From: Candidatus Eiseniibacteriota bacterium
GTDB taxonomy: Bacteria; Eisenbacteria; RBG-16-71-46
NCBI GenBank assembly: GCA_044223005.1
Contig: JBGAML010000009.1
Location: 32,001-96,000 of the forward strand
Length of the DNA: 64,000 bases
Reading direction: 5' to 3'
The notes under the pieces were generated by a model. The model ran no database searches, was not told where the DNA came from, and saw only the letters and a list, made by a program, of their open reading frames with translations. Positions 19,901 through 27,935 of the stretch are shown in pieces. The translations under genes and the position numbers were made by a program. Numbering within the stretch: the first letter of the stretch is position 1; each line of letters starts with the position of its first letter.

Positions 19901-20057
19901 GTCGAGCGAACGCCTGGACCCGTCGGGCAAGCCGCTCCGCTGCACGAGCTGTCACAACCCGCACTCGGCGCCGTTCGACGCGCTCCTCAACCACGACGCG
20001 AAACGCGACCTCTGCGTCCAATGCCACGACCCGGCCCAGATGCCCGGCGGCAAGTGA
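16908..20057 (+). CDS. Giant multiheme cytochrome c with 42 CxxCH motifs (1049 aa)
   Basis: TTGA overlap with GAGGGAG RBS; signal peptide; hand count of 42 CxxCH in HxP...CxxCHxPH...LL...LCxxCH doubled units. Confidence 0.95.
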   Translation: MNARWWFPRAFAALAATLFVLGVVVSSGAAGRSNGPARECYDCHQKSKAEFGKKKFIHAPIKKADCASCHASHGFSQKLVLAKPSEELCIGCHADVIKATTAPHQHPAFKRGDCLACHDPHATDRPHLVRDDTPQNCFNCHTSAKAEAATAHVHEPFAKGDCTACHASHAGTTAALLKRTDDGLCTGCHALAQMDAKHTGKGRGGLQCLDCHSPHGSAKAGLLRAASHQPVAEGSCDACHVMEGGKPTAKLQASKTELCQTCHEDMAKLSARKHPHQPAAEGECLECHDPHRSTAAGSLLKASPSELCIGCHEDLKAELKKPVVHKAFSEGHCAACHDPHGSDQDHMMKTPDGSVCLKCHKDVEHDIADAKGAHPPALRKDCLRCHVAHSGTEHALLRQPEKVLCETCHAATAKKLDGKTKHAPFASGDCGNCHSPHGSPQPHLVKANDGALCLGCHGDMQREFAREHVHPGPKEGRCLSCHAPHGGEGKGMLARPPAELCGGCHAPIAKRIASTGAHSAAKQGKCEACHEPHGSKAKSLLRGTTKQLCASCHPDVGHGDKVHQPVADGDCLTCHDAHGGPAAPALAKAVPALCTDCHDGTASDMKSKHRGSDVSNANCLGCHSAHESKSAALQPAVVHPGFAEGKCEKCHSGASPSKANLLAPGGALCVRCHDVSKVKTAGDHIHDPVKKLQCLTCHAPHASAQPKLLVAKSDQLCASCHKETSGAGQRKFPHAPVANGECSKCHEPHRAPGGGIALLKKRPGEMCGDCHQDLAKRIAAGNAHAPAARGQCLTCHDSHGSDLPGMTRRPGSALCAACHKLDDPKLTAKHPGMSMATVNCISCHDPHAQDKTSKALLRPAIHLPFSRGECESCHTSKGSAKLQATGAELCVTCHESGGWKGRKYTHQPVTNGPQCLNCHAPHGGVARPILKAAGDELCFGCHDRAMVEGKVKHKALEKGCVSCHDAHGSADPGMLKAASVDDLCRKCHTDLAKHYHKTSSERLDPSGKPLRCTSCHNPHSAPFDALLNHDAKRDLCVQCHDPAQMPGGK

Positions 20058-20087
20058 CCGCGACGCACTGACGTCCCGCAACGCACG

Positions 20088-20119
20088 ACGGCCACCGTTC
20101 CCCGGAACGGTGGCCGTTT
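20088..20119 (+). terminator. Terminator ending the cytochrome cluster
   Basis: acggccaccgttc-cccg-gaacggtggccgt followed by tt. Confidence 0.7.
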
Positions 20120-20136
20120 CGCGGCTCGGGAGGCTC

Positions 20137-20185
20137 ACTGCTCGAGAACGTGACGTCGCTCTACTGCTCGAGAGCGTGACGTCGC
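20137..20185. repeat. Tandem 23-bp direct repeat (2 copies)
   Basis: actgctcgagaacgtgacgtcgc (20137-20159) and actgctcgagagcgtgacgtcgc (20163-20185), 1 mismatch. Confidence 0.8.
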
Positions 20186-20364
20186 ACCGCCCCCCCCGGT
20201 CCGAGGCGGCCGGGGGACCGCTGAAGGGACCGCTCCTCGTCCGGCATCCTGCCGGACTCGTCACTAGGCGTCCGCATGCGACCGCCATCCCTGGCTCCTT
20301 CGCATGCTCCCGACTTCCCTTCATCGGCCCCCCGGCCGCCTCGGACCTGCCGCCCCACCACTTC
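20180..20364 (-). repeat. Structured element copy A (150-nt core 20198-20347); candidate ncRNA or MITE
   Basis: Reverse complement of copy B with 16 differences in the 150-nt core; self-complementary ends and two internal hairpins. Strand inferred from G-U wobbles. Confidence 0.8.
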
Positions 20365-20510
20365 ACTGCGCATTGGCTGCAGGCTCTGGCGCGCGCGTCA
20401 TCGCAGCGATCGGGGCTCACCAGTGCGCATGCCGACCGCATCGTCGCACCTGTCGCGCGCTGTACCTCGGCGCATCAGCGAAGCGGCGGTGCTTGCCTGC
20501 AGCCGATTCC

Positions 20511-20696
20511 GAAGTGGGGGTGGGGACGCAGGTCCGAGGTGCCCGGGGGTCCGATGGAGGGAAGTCGGGAGCGAGCGAAGGAGCCAGGGATGGCGGTCGC
20601 TCGCGTACGCCTAGTGACGAGCACGGCAGGATGCCGTGCGAGGAGCGGTCCCTCCAGCGGACCCCCGGGCGCCTCGGACCGGGGGGCGGTGCGACG
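20511..20696 (+). repeat. Structured element copy B (150-nt core 20531-20680); candidate ncRNA or MITE
   Basis: Inverted copy of A; hairpins gcca-ggga-tggc and gcacggca-gga-tgccgtgc inside a long outer stem. Confidence 0.8.
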
Positions 20697-20766
20697 CCGC
20701 GCTCTCGGGTGGTTCTGAATCGAGGTGCGCCCTCAGCGAGAACATCAGCCCATGACCGCAAACGCA

Positions 20767-20796
20767 ACGGGCCGCCTCGGTTGCGAGGCGGCCCGT
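20767..20796 (-). terminator. Terminator ending the cohesin/dockerin operon
   Basis: acgggccgcctcg-gttg-cgaggcggcccgt; TGCGTTT follows on the minus strand. Confidence 0.65.
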
Positions 20797-20818
20797 CGAG
20801 GGTGTGCAGGAAGCTGCG

Positions 20819-22888
20819 TCAGGGCATGTAGGTCAGTTTCTGCGTTGCGATGCGGCCCTGGTGCTCGAGGCGGGTGAAGTAGAGGCCTGCCGGGACGAGG
20901 TGGCCCGTGTCGTCGCGGCCGTTCCAGGTGGACTCGTGCGGGCCCGGGGCGAACGGGCCGTCGGCCAGGGTGCGGATGCGGCGGCCGTCGAGGCCGAAGA
21001 TCGCCAGCTGCACGCGGCCGCCCTGCGTCCCGATCGAGAACGGGATCCGGATGCCGTCACCGCGGGCCGGGTTCGGTTCGCTCGTGCGCAGTGCGAACTC
21101 CGCCGTCGTCCCGACCGGAGGCGCGTCCGCGCTCGACAACACGTGAACCGTTCCGTTCACGATCTGCGGAATCGGCGAGCCCTCGTTGAAGACCAGCCGT
21201 GCGAGCGACACCGTGATGTTCGTGCCCGACGGCGCCGACGGCGAGATCACCAGGTTCACCGAGCCCAGCAGCGTGCTCGTGTTCGGCAGCGTCGCCACGC
21301 CGCCCGCGGCGCAGTCCAGTTCCGTGAGGCCGTTGTCGAAGTGCGACTGGATGTTGCCCAGGCCCCACGAACTCCAGAGGCCCGAGGGCGACGCGACGCC
21401 GTTCGTGATGTTCGCGCCCGTCCAGTCGATCGCGAACTGCATCGAGTAGATGTTGAGCGAACCCACCGTGCGATCCGACGTGATCGGCAGGATCACCGTC
21501 GAGCCCGGAGGCGCGTTCACGGAGCCCAGCGTCACCTTGAGATCGTAGATCGTCAGGTTGTTCGTGTAGTCGACCGAGCCGTTCGCGTCCTGCACCCGCA
21601 CGCGCGTCACGCCGCCCTTCACCGCCGTGAGCAGGCCGGTGGGGGAGATCGTGGCCAACGTCGGATCCTCGACCGACCACGTGAGCGGAGCCGTTGCGCC
21701 GCTCACCGTGTATTGCTGCGTCTGGCCCGCGAGCAGCGTCACGTTGTCGGGGGACGCGAAGATCGTCGGGAGCGCACCGACGGAGAAGAAGCCGTTGGTC
21801 GCCTTGGCCGGCATCGTCTCGTTGAAGACCGGGTTGACGAACGTCAGGCTCGAAGACCCGGCACTCGTGGGCGATGCCTGCAGGTTCAGGTAGCACAGGA
21901 TGCCCGAACCCGAGAGGTCCGTGCTGCCGGTGAAATCCACCGAGCAGCCATTCGACGTGGCCGCGGCAAAGATCGGGCCCCAGCCGTTGAGCAGCGTGCC
22001 CGGCGGCGCCGTCACGCTGACGAAGCTCGCGACGTTCGTGCCCCACGTGAGGCTGAACTGGCCGCTGCGGATGCCGAGTCCGGTGAGCGACGTCACGGTG
22101 ATCGGGATCGCGAGCGGCTGGCCCACGAGCACGTTGACCGTCGTCGAGGTGATGCCCATGCCACGGATCAGCACCGTGCCCGTCGTGGTGCTGGCGTGAA
22201 GCGCGGCATCGGTGGCCGTGACCGTCACCGCGCCCGGCGCGACGCCCGTGAGCAGGCCCGAACTCGAGATGGTGGCGATCGCCGGGTTCGACGTGCTCCA
22301 CGTGACCGGATTGGTGACGCTGCCGCTGACGTTGAACTGCAGCGTCTGGCCGCGGATCACCTCGCCGAGGTCGGGGTAGACGTCGATCTGGGGCGTCACG
22401 TTGATCGTGATCGAGCCCGTCGTGGTGGTCACCGTCGGCGAGCCCTCGTTGAACTTGAAGTTCGAGAGCGTGAGCGACGTGCTGCCGCCGTTCAGCAGGG
22501 CCGGGTTGAGCAGGAAGCTGACCCGCACCATCGAGCCCGCGCCCGTCAGCGGCGTGGTGCCGGCGTCGCTCACCGTCACCTTACCCGTGTTGCTGACGGA
22601 GGAGACGAAGAACTGCGGGGTCTGCCAGCCGGCGGTGCCGGCGAGCGTGCCCGTGTTGATCACGTCGACGGCGGTCACCTGTGAGCTGTTGTAGCTGAGG
22701 TCGAACTGCAGGGACAGGATGCCCTGTCCGGTCACGTCCGCGGTGTTGATGTCGATGTTGACCGTCTGCCCGGCCAGCCCGTTTCCGGTGCCGACCGAGA
22801 CCGCGACGGCTCGGGCCGTGCCGGTGCCGGCGGCCGTGGCCGCCAGCACCAGCAGGAACCCCAGCGCCCAGGCGCGAAGTCGGAGCAT
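20819..22888 (-). CDS. Scaffoldin-like secreted protein: cohesin-Big2-cohesin-Big2-cohesin-FlgD/T9SS-like CTD (689 aa)
   Basis: GAGGAGGA RBS; signal peptide; three modules with G+xSxQF...FNE(G/T)xP; two xTWS...xATISxxGLLTxV Ig group-2 repeats; DGRRIR...WNGRDDTG...AGLYF tail. Confidence 0.8.
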   Translation of the reverse strand: MLRLRAWALGFLLVLAATAAGTGTARAVAVSVGTGNGLAGQTVNIDINTADVTGQGILSLQFDLSYNSSQVTAVDVINTGTLAGTAGWQTPQFFVSSVSNTGKVTVSDAGTTPLTGAGSMVRVSFLLNPALLNGGSTSLTLSNFKFNEGSPTVTTTTGSITINVTPQIDVYPDLGEVIRGQTLQFNVSGSVTNPVTWSTSNPAIATISSSGLLTGVAPGAVTVTATDAALHASTTTGTVLIRGMGITSTTVNVLVGQPLAIPITVTSLTGLGIRSGQFSLTWGTNVASFVSVTAPPGTLLNGWGPIFAAATSNGCSVDFTGSTDLSGSGILCYLNLQASPTSAGSSSLTFVNPVFNETMPAKATNGFFSVGALPTIFASPDNVTLLAGQTQQYTVSGATAPLTWSVEDPTLATISPTGLLTAVKGGVTRVRVQDANGSVDYTNNLTIYDLKVTLGSVNAPPGSTVILPITSDRTVGSLNIYSMQFAIDWTGANITNGVASPSGLWSSWGLGNIQSHFDNGLTELDCAAGGVATLPNTSTLLGSVNLVISPSAPSGTNITVSLARLVFNEGSPIPQIVNGTVHVLSSADAPPVGTTAEFALRTSEPNPARGDGIRIPFSIGTQGGRVQLAIFGLDGRRIRTLADGPFAPGPHESTWNGRDDTGHLVPAGLYFTRLEHQGRIATQKLTYMP

Positions 22889-22913
22889 GGATTCGTCCTC
22901 CTCGTCGCGCCGG

Positions 22914-25900
22914 TCAGCGAACCACGATGAGCCGCTGGTGGAACGCCTGCGAACCGAGGCGCGCCTGGACGAAGTACATGCCCGCGCGGACCGGGCGGCC
23001 ATCGCCGTCCGTGAGGTCCCACCGCAGCGAGTGCTCGCCCGGCGTCATCGCGCCGTCCACGAGCGTGCGCAGCGTGCGGCCGGCCACGTCCAGAACGCGC
23101 ACCGACGCCCGCGGCGCATCCGCCATCGAGACGCCGAACGCCAGCGTGACGGGCTCGCGCGCCGGGTTCTGCGACGGCCGGCCGAGGAAGCTGACCTGCG
23201 GCGCCGCCGGCGGCGTCACCGACTCCTGCACGATCGTGTCATTGACGCGCGCGAACGCGAGGGTCGGCGCGCGGAACTCGCCGGCGCCGGCGGGGAAGCG
23301 CAGCACCACCACGTCGCCCGACCCGAGCGGGTCGGCCGACGCCATGGCCACGAAACCCTTGCCGTCGCGGACCGCGAACGCGTCGATCGCGTGGCTGGCG
23401 TCCGAGGGCGTGGCGCCCGAAAGCGTCGCCGCGTTGCCACCGGTCAGCGTGAGTTCGAGCGAGTAGGCCGGCACCGTGCCGCTCACCGCGACCGGCACGA
23501 GCCACTCGTCGCCCGAGCGCTGGGCCGCGCCCAGGGCGACCGTGAAGCGTCCCTGCGAGCGGCGCACGAACTCGCGCGCGGCGAGCACGTCCGCGTCCGC
23601 CTGGCGGGCGCCGTTGGAGAGCGCCGGGAACGCGCGGATCTTGTTCGCGACCAGCTGCAGGATCAGCGTGCCGTCGAACGCCGTGATGCCGCTCGTGGCA
23701 CTGACATCGGCGACCAGCTTCTGCAGCGGGTTGAACACGATGCTGCTGACCGTGTACTGCAGCAGGAGCGAGGCGTCGTACGCCATGACCTGGCCGTTCA
23801 GGCTGCAGTCCCCGAGCAGCGGGTTGATGAGGCCCGAGCTGGCGTAGGGCGCGTAGTCGACGTTGTTGCTCACGACGTCGCCCGAGCCGGCGTTGGTGGC
23901 CGAGCCACAGAGATCCGCCGTGGCCGAAGCGTCCGCCGGGCCGTTCGCGGCTCCCCACCAGCAGCCCTCGGCCGAGACGCAGAACGAGGCGCCGGTATTG
24001 TTGATGCCGTAGTAGTAGTTGCCGTAGAAGCTGGAGCCGCGCACCAGCGGATTGCTCGAGCCTTCCGCCGAGATGCCGACGTTGTTGTAGGCGAAGAGGC
24101 ACGAGTCCACGGTGGGAGCCGAGCTCACGCAGCGAAGAGCGCCCTGGGTGCTGGACGCGCTGCCGTAGCGGAAGACGCAGTTCTTGAAGTTGACCTGCGG
24201 ATCGATCGCCGTGCCCTCGACCGTCACGTAGTTCCAGTCGCCGGGCGCGGGCGAGGTGTAGGTCGAATCGTTGTTCGAATCGCCGCCGTAGAAGTCGTCG
24301 CGGTAGGACGTGAAGACGACCAGGCTCTCGGGAACCGTGCGGCCGATCGAGGTGAACGCGCGCTGGATGTCGATCGTGCCACTGTAGCCCTTGACGATCA
24401 CGCCCGGCTGCATTGTGAGCGTGGCTCCGAGGCCGACCGTGAGCAGGCCGTTCAGGAAGAACGGCATGTTCTGGCGTCCGGCCACCGGCCGGACCTTCCA
24501 CAGCACGTCCTGCGCGATGTTCTCCGTGATCACACCCAGCGCCGTATAGGCATTGCCCTGGAAGCGGCAGTTGTTGAAGACCGGGTCACTGACCAGCGAG
24601 AGGTAGACCGGCGTACCGGTGATGTTGGCCGTGGTGGAATCGAAGTCGACGCTGTTGAAGGTCGGTGTCGAGGCGCCCGCGATCGTGGCGCCCGTGACAT
24701 AGCTCCGGGTGATCTGGGTGTTCGAGATCGTCGGGCCGGCGCTCGAGAAATACAGCGCGCCGCCCGAGTTGCCTGCGTAACGGATGCGGCAGTAGTTCAT
24801 CAGGGTCGCGGCGTCATTGCTCACCGGCTCGAACTGGATGCCGTACCACTGTCCCGGGGCGGGCAGCGTGGCGGCGCCGTCCCCCATGACGTCCTGCCCG
24901 AAGGCGTCGTCGGCCAGGGACGTGAACATGATCAGGCTGTCGAGCTTCCCGTTCGCGTAGAGCGTTCCGAAGATGTCGATCCAGTTGCCGGTCGGGTCGG
25001 CGTAGAGCCGCCCGGACTTGATCACGACGCCGGGGTTGATCGTCCACTTGGCGCCGAACGCGATCGTGACGTTGCCGGCCAGGATGTAGTTCAGGTTCGA
25101 GAAGGGGCCGATCTTGCCCACGCCCAGCAGGACGTCCTGCGCGATCGTCTCGCCCAGGATGCCCAGGCCGAGGTAGGCGTTGTTCGCGAACGTCATGGTC
25201 TGGCCGTAGGTCGGGTGGCTGATCAACGACGTGACGATCGGCAGCTGCGTGCAGTTGAGGATGTTCAGCGAGTCGATCGACGGCGTCGAGTTGCCCGCGA
25301 TCGTGAACGCCGTGGCGTTCTGGAAGAACTCGAGATTCGCGCAGCGCGGGCCGGCGCTCTGGCAGCTGATGACGCCACTCGTGTTGCCGCCCGAGCCGCC
25401 GAACTGAAACTTCACGTTGCGGATCACGCACGAGGCGTCCACCGACGTGTCCTCGAACAGGAGGCGTCCCCAGTTGCCGGCGTTCGGCAGCGTGCTGCTC
25501 AGCGGGGTCGTGTCACCCGCGATCGCGTCGTCGTACATCGACGTCACGAAGATGCGGTTGGTTCCGTTGTCGCTGCCGACCATGTTCAGCGCGCCGAAGA
25601 CGTCGAACAGCGCGTACGAGCTGTTCGGCTTGATCACGACCTGGGGGGCGATCGAGAGCGTGACACCGCTCGCGACCGTGATGGTGCCGGTCGGGAGGTA
25701 CGCGAACGTGGGGCTCGCCGGATTGCCGACGTTGGGCCGGTACTTGAGCAGCGCGTTCTGCGACAGCGTCTCGCTGATCAGCGCCAGCGCGTTGTAGGTG
25801 TTGGTCGTGTAGGTGTTGTTGGTGGCGATCTGGGGGTCGGACAGCACGCTCATGACGATCGGCGCGGCGCCCAGGTTGTCGAACGTGTTCGCGCTGATCA

Positions 25901-27686
25901 CCGGGGCGCTGTTGCCGTCGCACCGGATGCCGTAATAACCCTTGAAGATGAACGAGTTCGTGATCGTCGGGCTGGCATTCGTGCACCAGATCGAGGTCGG
26001 GTAGCCGTCGTACGGGCTCTGGGATGCGTACGTGACGCGGCAGTAGTTGAGCTTGCTGGTGACGTCGTTGGACGAATCCGTGAAGTGGATCCAGTTCCAG
26101 TTGCCCTGTGCCGGCGTGGTCGTGGCGCCGTCGCCGTTGGTGTCGAGCGGGTTGCCGTACTGGTCGTCGCGCTCCGAGGTGAACACGATGTTGTTGAGGG
26201 CCGTGCCGTTGGCCACCAGCGCGCCGTCGATGATGAAGCCGCCGCCGCTGAGCTGGTGCTTGATCACGATGCCCGGATCGATCGTGAGCGTCGCGCCCGA
26301 GAGCATCTGGAGCGACCCGTTCATGAGGTAGTAGGTGATGTTGGCGAAGCCGCCCATCGTGCGCTGCTGCAGGTGCGAGTCGACCGCGATCGGCTCGCCC
26401 TCGAGCCCGATCGCCGTGATGGCGTTGGCGAGCAGGCCGATGTTGGTGAAGGTCGGATTGGCGGAGACCGACATCAGCACGGGGGTCGACGAGCAGTTGT
26501 TGATCTGGACGTTGGTGATGCTCGGATTGCAGACCCCGAGCAGGTTGATGCCGTGTCCGGCGTCGCTCAGCAGCGAGTTCGTGATGTCGATGCTGTTGTT
26601 CTGCTCCATCACGAGGCCCTGCGTGGTGGCGTTGGTCCCGAACTTGAGCCGGCAGTAGGAGAGCGATCCCGTCGCGCCCTGCTGGTAGTAGATGTATCCC
26701 CAGTCGCCGCGGTTGGGCGCGGTGATCGAGCCGTTGTTGTTGGTGTCCTTGGGCTGGCCGTAGTTGTCGTCGTGGATCGAGGTGATCGTGATGGAGTCAC
26801 CCGCCGCCGACGTGCCGTTCATGGTCAGCCCGCCCGCCACGGTGATGGCGGCGCCGGGGATGGGCTTGATGACGACGCCATGCTGCACCGTGAGCGATGC
26901 CGTCGCCGGGATCGTCAGGCTGCTGAGCAGCACGTACGTCACGTTGGTGATCGGGTTGGCGCCCACCGTCGCGCCGCGCTGGACGAGGCTCGAGGCGCCG
27001 GCCGGCAGCGTGCCGCCGCGCACGCCGATGGCGTCGTAGCCGTTGTCGGAGGACGAGAACGCGACGGACGAGAAGCTCGGGTTGGAGGTGAAGTCGATCA
27101 CGACCGGCGTCTGGGTCGAGGCCTGGATCGTGGTGTTGTTCAGGGTCGGCGCCGCCGTGCCCTGGCAGTCGATGCCGTAGTAGGACTTGCTGATCGTGCA
27201 GTTCGTGATCGGGTTGCCCACGCTCTGGAACGTGAGCGCACCGGTGTTGTTGTAACCGGCGTAGCGGAGGACGCAGTAGGTGAGCGCCGAAGCGCCGCTG
27301 ACCGAGCTCGACGGGAACAGGATGCCCCACCAGTCGCCCGTGTTGGGCACCGTGAGGTTGCCGTCGCCGTTGGTGTCGCCGGCGGGATTGTTGTCGTCCT
27401 TGATGGACGTGAAGTAGATCGGGTTGGCCAGGGTGCCCACCGCCTGCAGCGCGCCGATCGCGTTCAGCTGCGCCCCGGGGTTGAACTTGACGACCACGCC
27501 GGGCTGGACGGTGAGCGTGACGCCGGCGCTGATCGAGATCGTGTTCTTGACCCAGTAGGGCGATCCGGCGACCGTCCAGTTCGTGTTCGCCACGATGTTG
27601 GTGGTGACCGACGTCTGGGCGAACGACGCCGCGGCCGAAACGGCCAGGGTAGCGAGCACCAGCAACAGGAACCGGGCGAAGCGCAT
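22914..27686 (-). CDS. Large secreted parallel beta-helix repeat protein with dockerin-like duplex and FlgD/T9SS-like CTD (1590 aa)
   Basis: GGAGG RBS; signal peptide; six repeats with FTSxxDD...GDTNGDG...GDW; GDCSLNGQVMAYDASLLLQ...ADVSATSGITAFDGTLILQ; WDLTDGDGRPVRAGMYF tail. Confidence 0.85.
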   Translation of the reverse strand: MRFARFLLLVLATLAVSAAASFAQTSVTTNIVANTNWTVAGSPYWVKNTISISAGVTLTVQPGVVVKFNPGAQLNAIGALQAVGTLANPIYFTSIKDDNNPAGDTNGDGNLTVPNTGDWWGILFPSSSVSGASALTYCVLRYAGYNNTGALTFQSVGNPITNCTISKSYYGIDCQGTAAPTLNNTTIQASTQTPVVIDFTSNPSFSSVAFSSSDNGYDAIGVRGGTLPAGASSLVQRGATVGANPITNVTYVLLSSLTIPATASLTVQHGVVIKPIPGAAITVAGGLTMNGTSAAGDSITITSIHDDNYGQPKDTNNNGSITAPNRGDWGYIYYQQGATGSLSYCRLKFGTNATTQGLVMEQNNSIDITNSLLSDAGHGINLLGVCNPSITNVQINNCSSTPVLMSVSANPTFTNIGLLANAITAIGLEGEPIAVDSHLQQRTMGGFANITYYLMNGSLQMLSGATLTIDPGIVIKHQLSGGGFIIDGALVANGTALNNIVFTSERDDQYGNPLDTNGDGATTTPAQGNWNWIHFTDSSNDVTSKLNYCRVTYASQSPYDGYPTSIWCTNASPTITNSFIFKGYYGIRCDGNSAPVISANTFDNLGAAPIVMSVLSDPQIATNNTYTTNTYNALALISETLSQNALLKYRPNVGNPASPTFAYLPTGTITVASGVTLSIAPQVVIKPNSSYALFDVFGALNMVGSDNGTNRIFVTSMYDDAIAGDTTPLSSTLPNAGNWGRLLFEDTSVDASCVIRNVKFQFGGSGGNTSGVISCQSAGPRCANLEFFQNATAFTIAGNSTPSIDSLNILNCTQLPIVTSLISHPTYGQTMTFANNAYLGLGILGETIAQDVLLGVGKIGPFSNLNYILAGNVTIAFGAKWTINPGVVIKSGRLYADPTGNWIDIFGTLYANGKLDSLIMFTSLADDAFGQDVMGDGAATLPAPGQWYGIQFEPVSNDAATLMNYCRIRYAGNSGGALYFSSAGPTISNTQITRSYVTGATIAGASTPTFNSVDFDSTTANITGTPVYLSLVSDPVFNNCRFQGNAYTALGVITENIAQDVLWKVRPVAGRQNMPFFLNGLLTVGLGATLTMQPGVIVKGYSGTIDIQRAFTSIGRTVPESLVVFTSYRDDFYGGDSNNDSTYTSPAPGDWNYVTVEGTAIDPQVNFKNCVFRYGSASSTQGALRCVSSAPTVDSCLFAYNNVGISAEGSSNPLVRGSSFYGNYYYGINNTGASFCVSAEGCWWGAANGPADASATADLCGSATNAGSGDVVSNNVDYAPYASSGLINPLLGDCSLNGQVMAYDASLLLQYTVSSIVFNPLQKLVADVSATSGITAFDGTLILQLVANKIRAFPALSNGARQADADVLAAREFVRRSQGRFTVALGAAQRSGDEWLVPVAVSGTVPAYSLELTLTGGNAATLSGATPSDASHAIDAFAVRDGKGFVAMASADPLGSGDVVVLRFPAGAGEFRAPTLAFARVNDTIVQESVTPPAAPQVSFLGRPSQNPAREPVTLAFGVSMADAPRASVRVLDVAGRTLRTLVDGAMTPGEHSLRWDLTDGDGRPVRAGMYFVQARLGSQAFHQRLIVVR

Positions 27687-27935
27687 GGGGCCTCCGTTGG
27701 GAGTCGGCGGAAGTCACGATCCCGCGGGGTCGAGAGGCGTCCGGGCATGGGGGCCGGGGGAGCCTGGTGCCGCGCGGGGGCTGGAAGGACGGGGACGGGG
27801 AACGTCCTCAGGACGGTCCACAGAAGGATAACGTCACGAGTTGCCGAGTCGGCACATGCATTTTTCACGATGGCGCTGCAGCAATGGGACCGCCGGAAAG
27901 CGGCACTGAACCTCGGGCGGGCCCGCCGGCTCGGG

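Noticed and set aside
20120..20760. CRISPR array or protein-coding ORFs (e.g. 20110-20718) in this intergenic region
   Set aside because: Only two short direct repeats with a 3-nt gap, no cas genes; ORFs lack RBS and coding-like composition, and the covariation indicates nucleic-acid structure.
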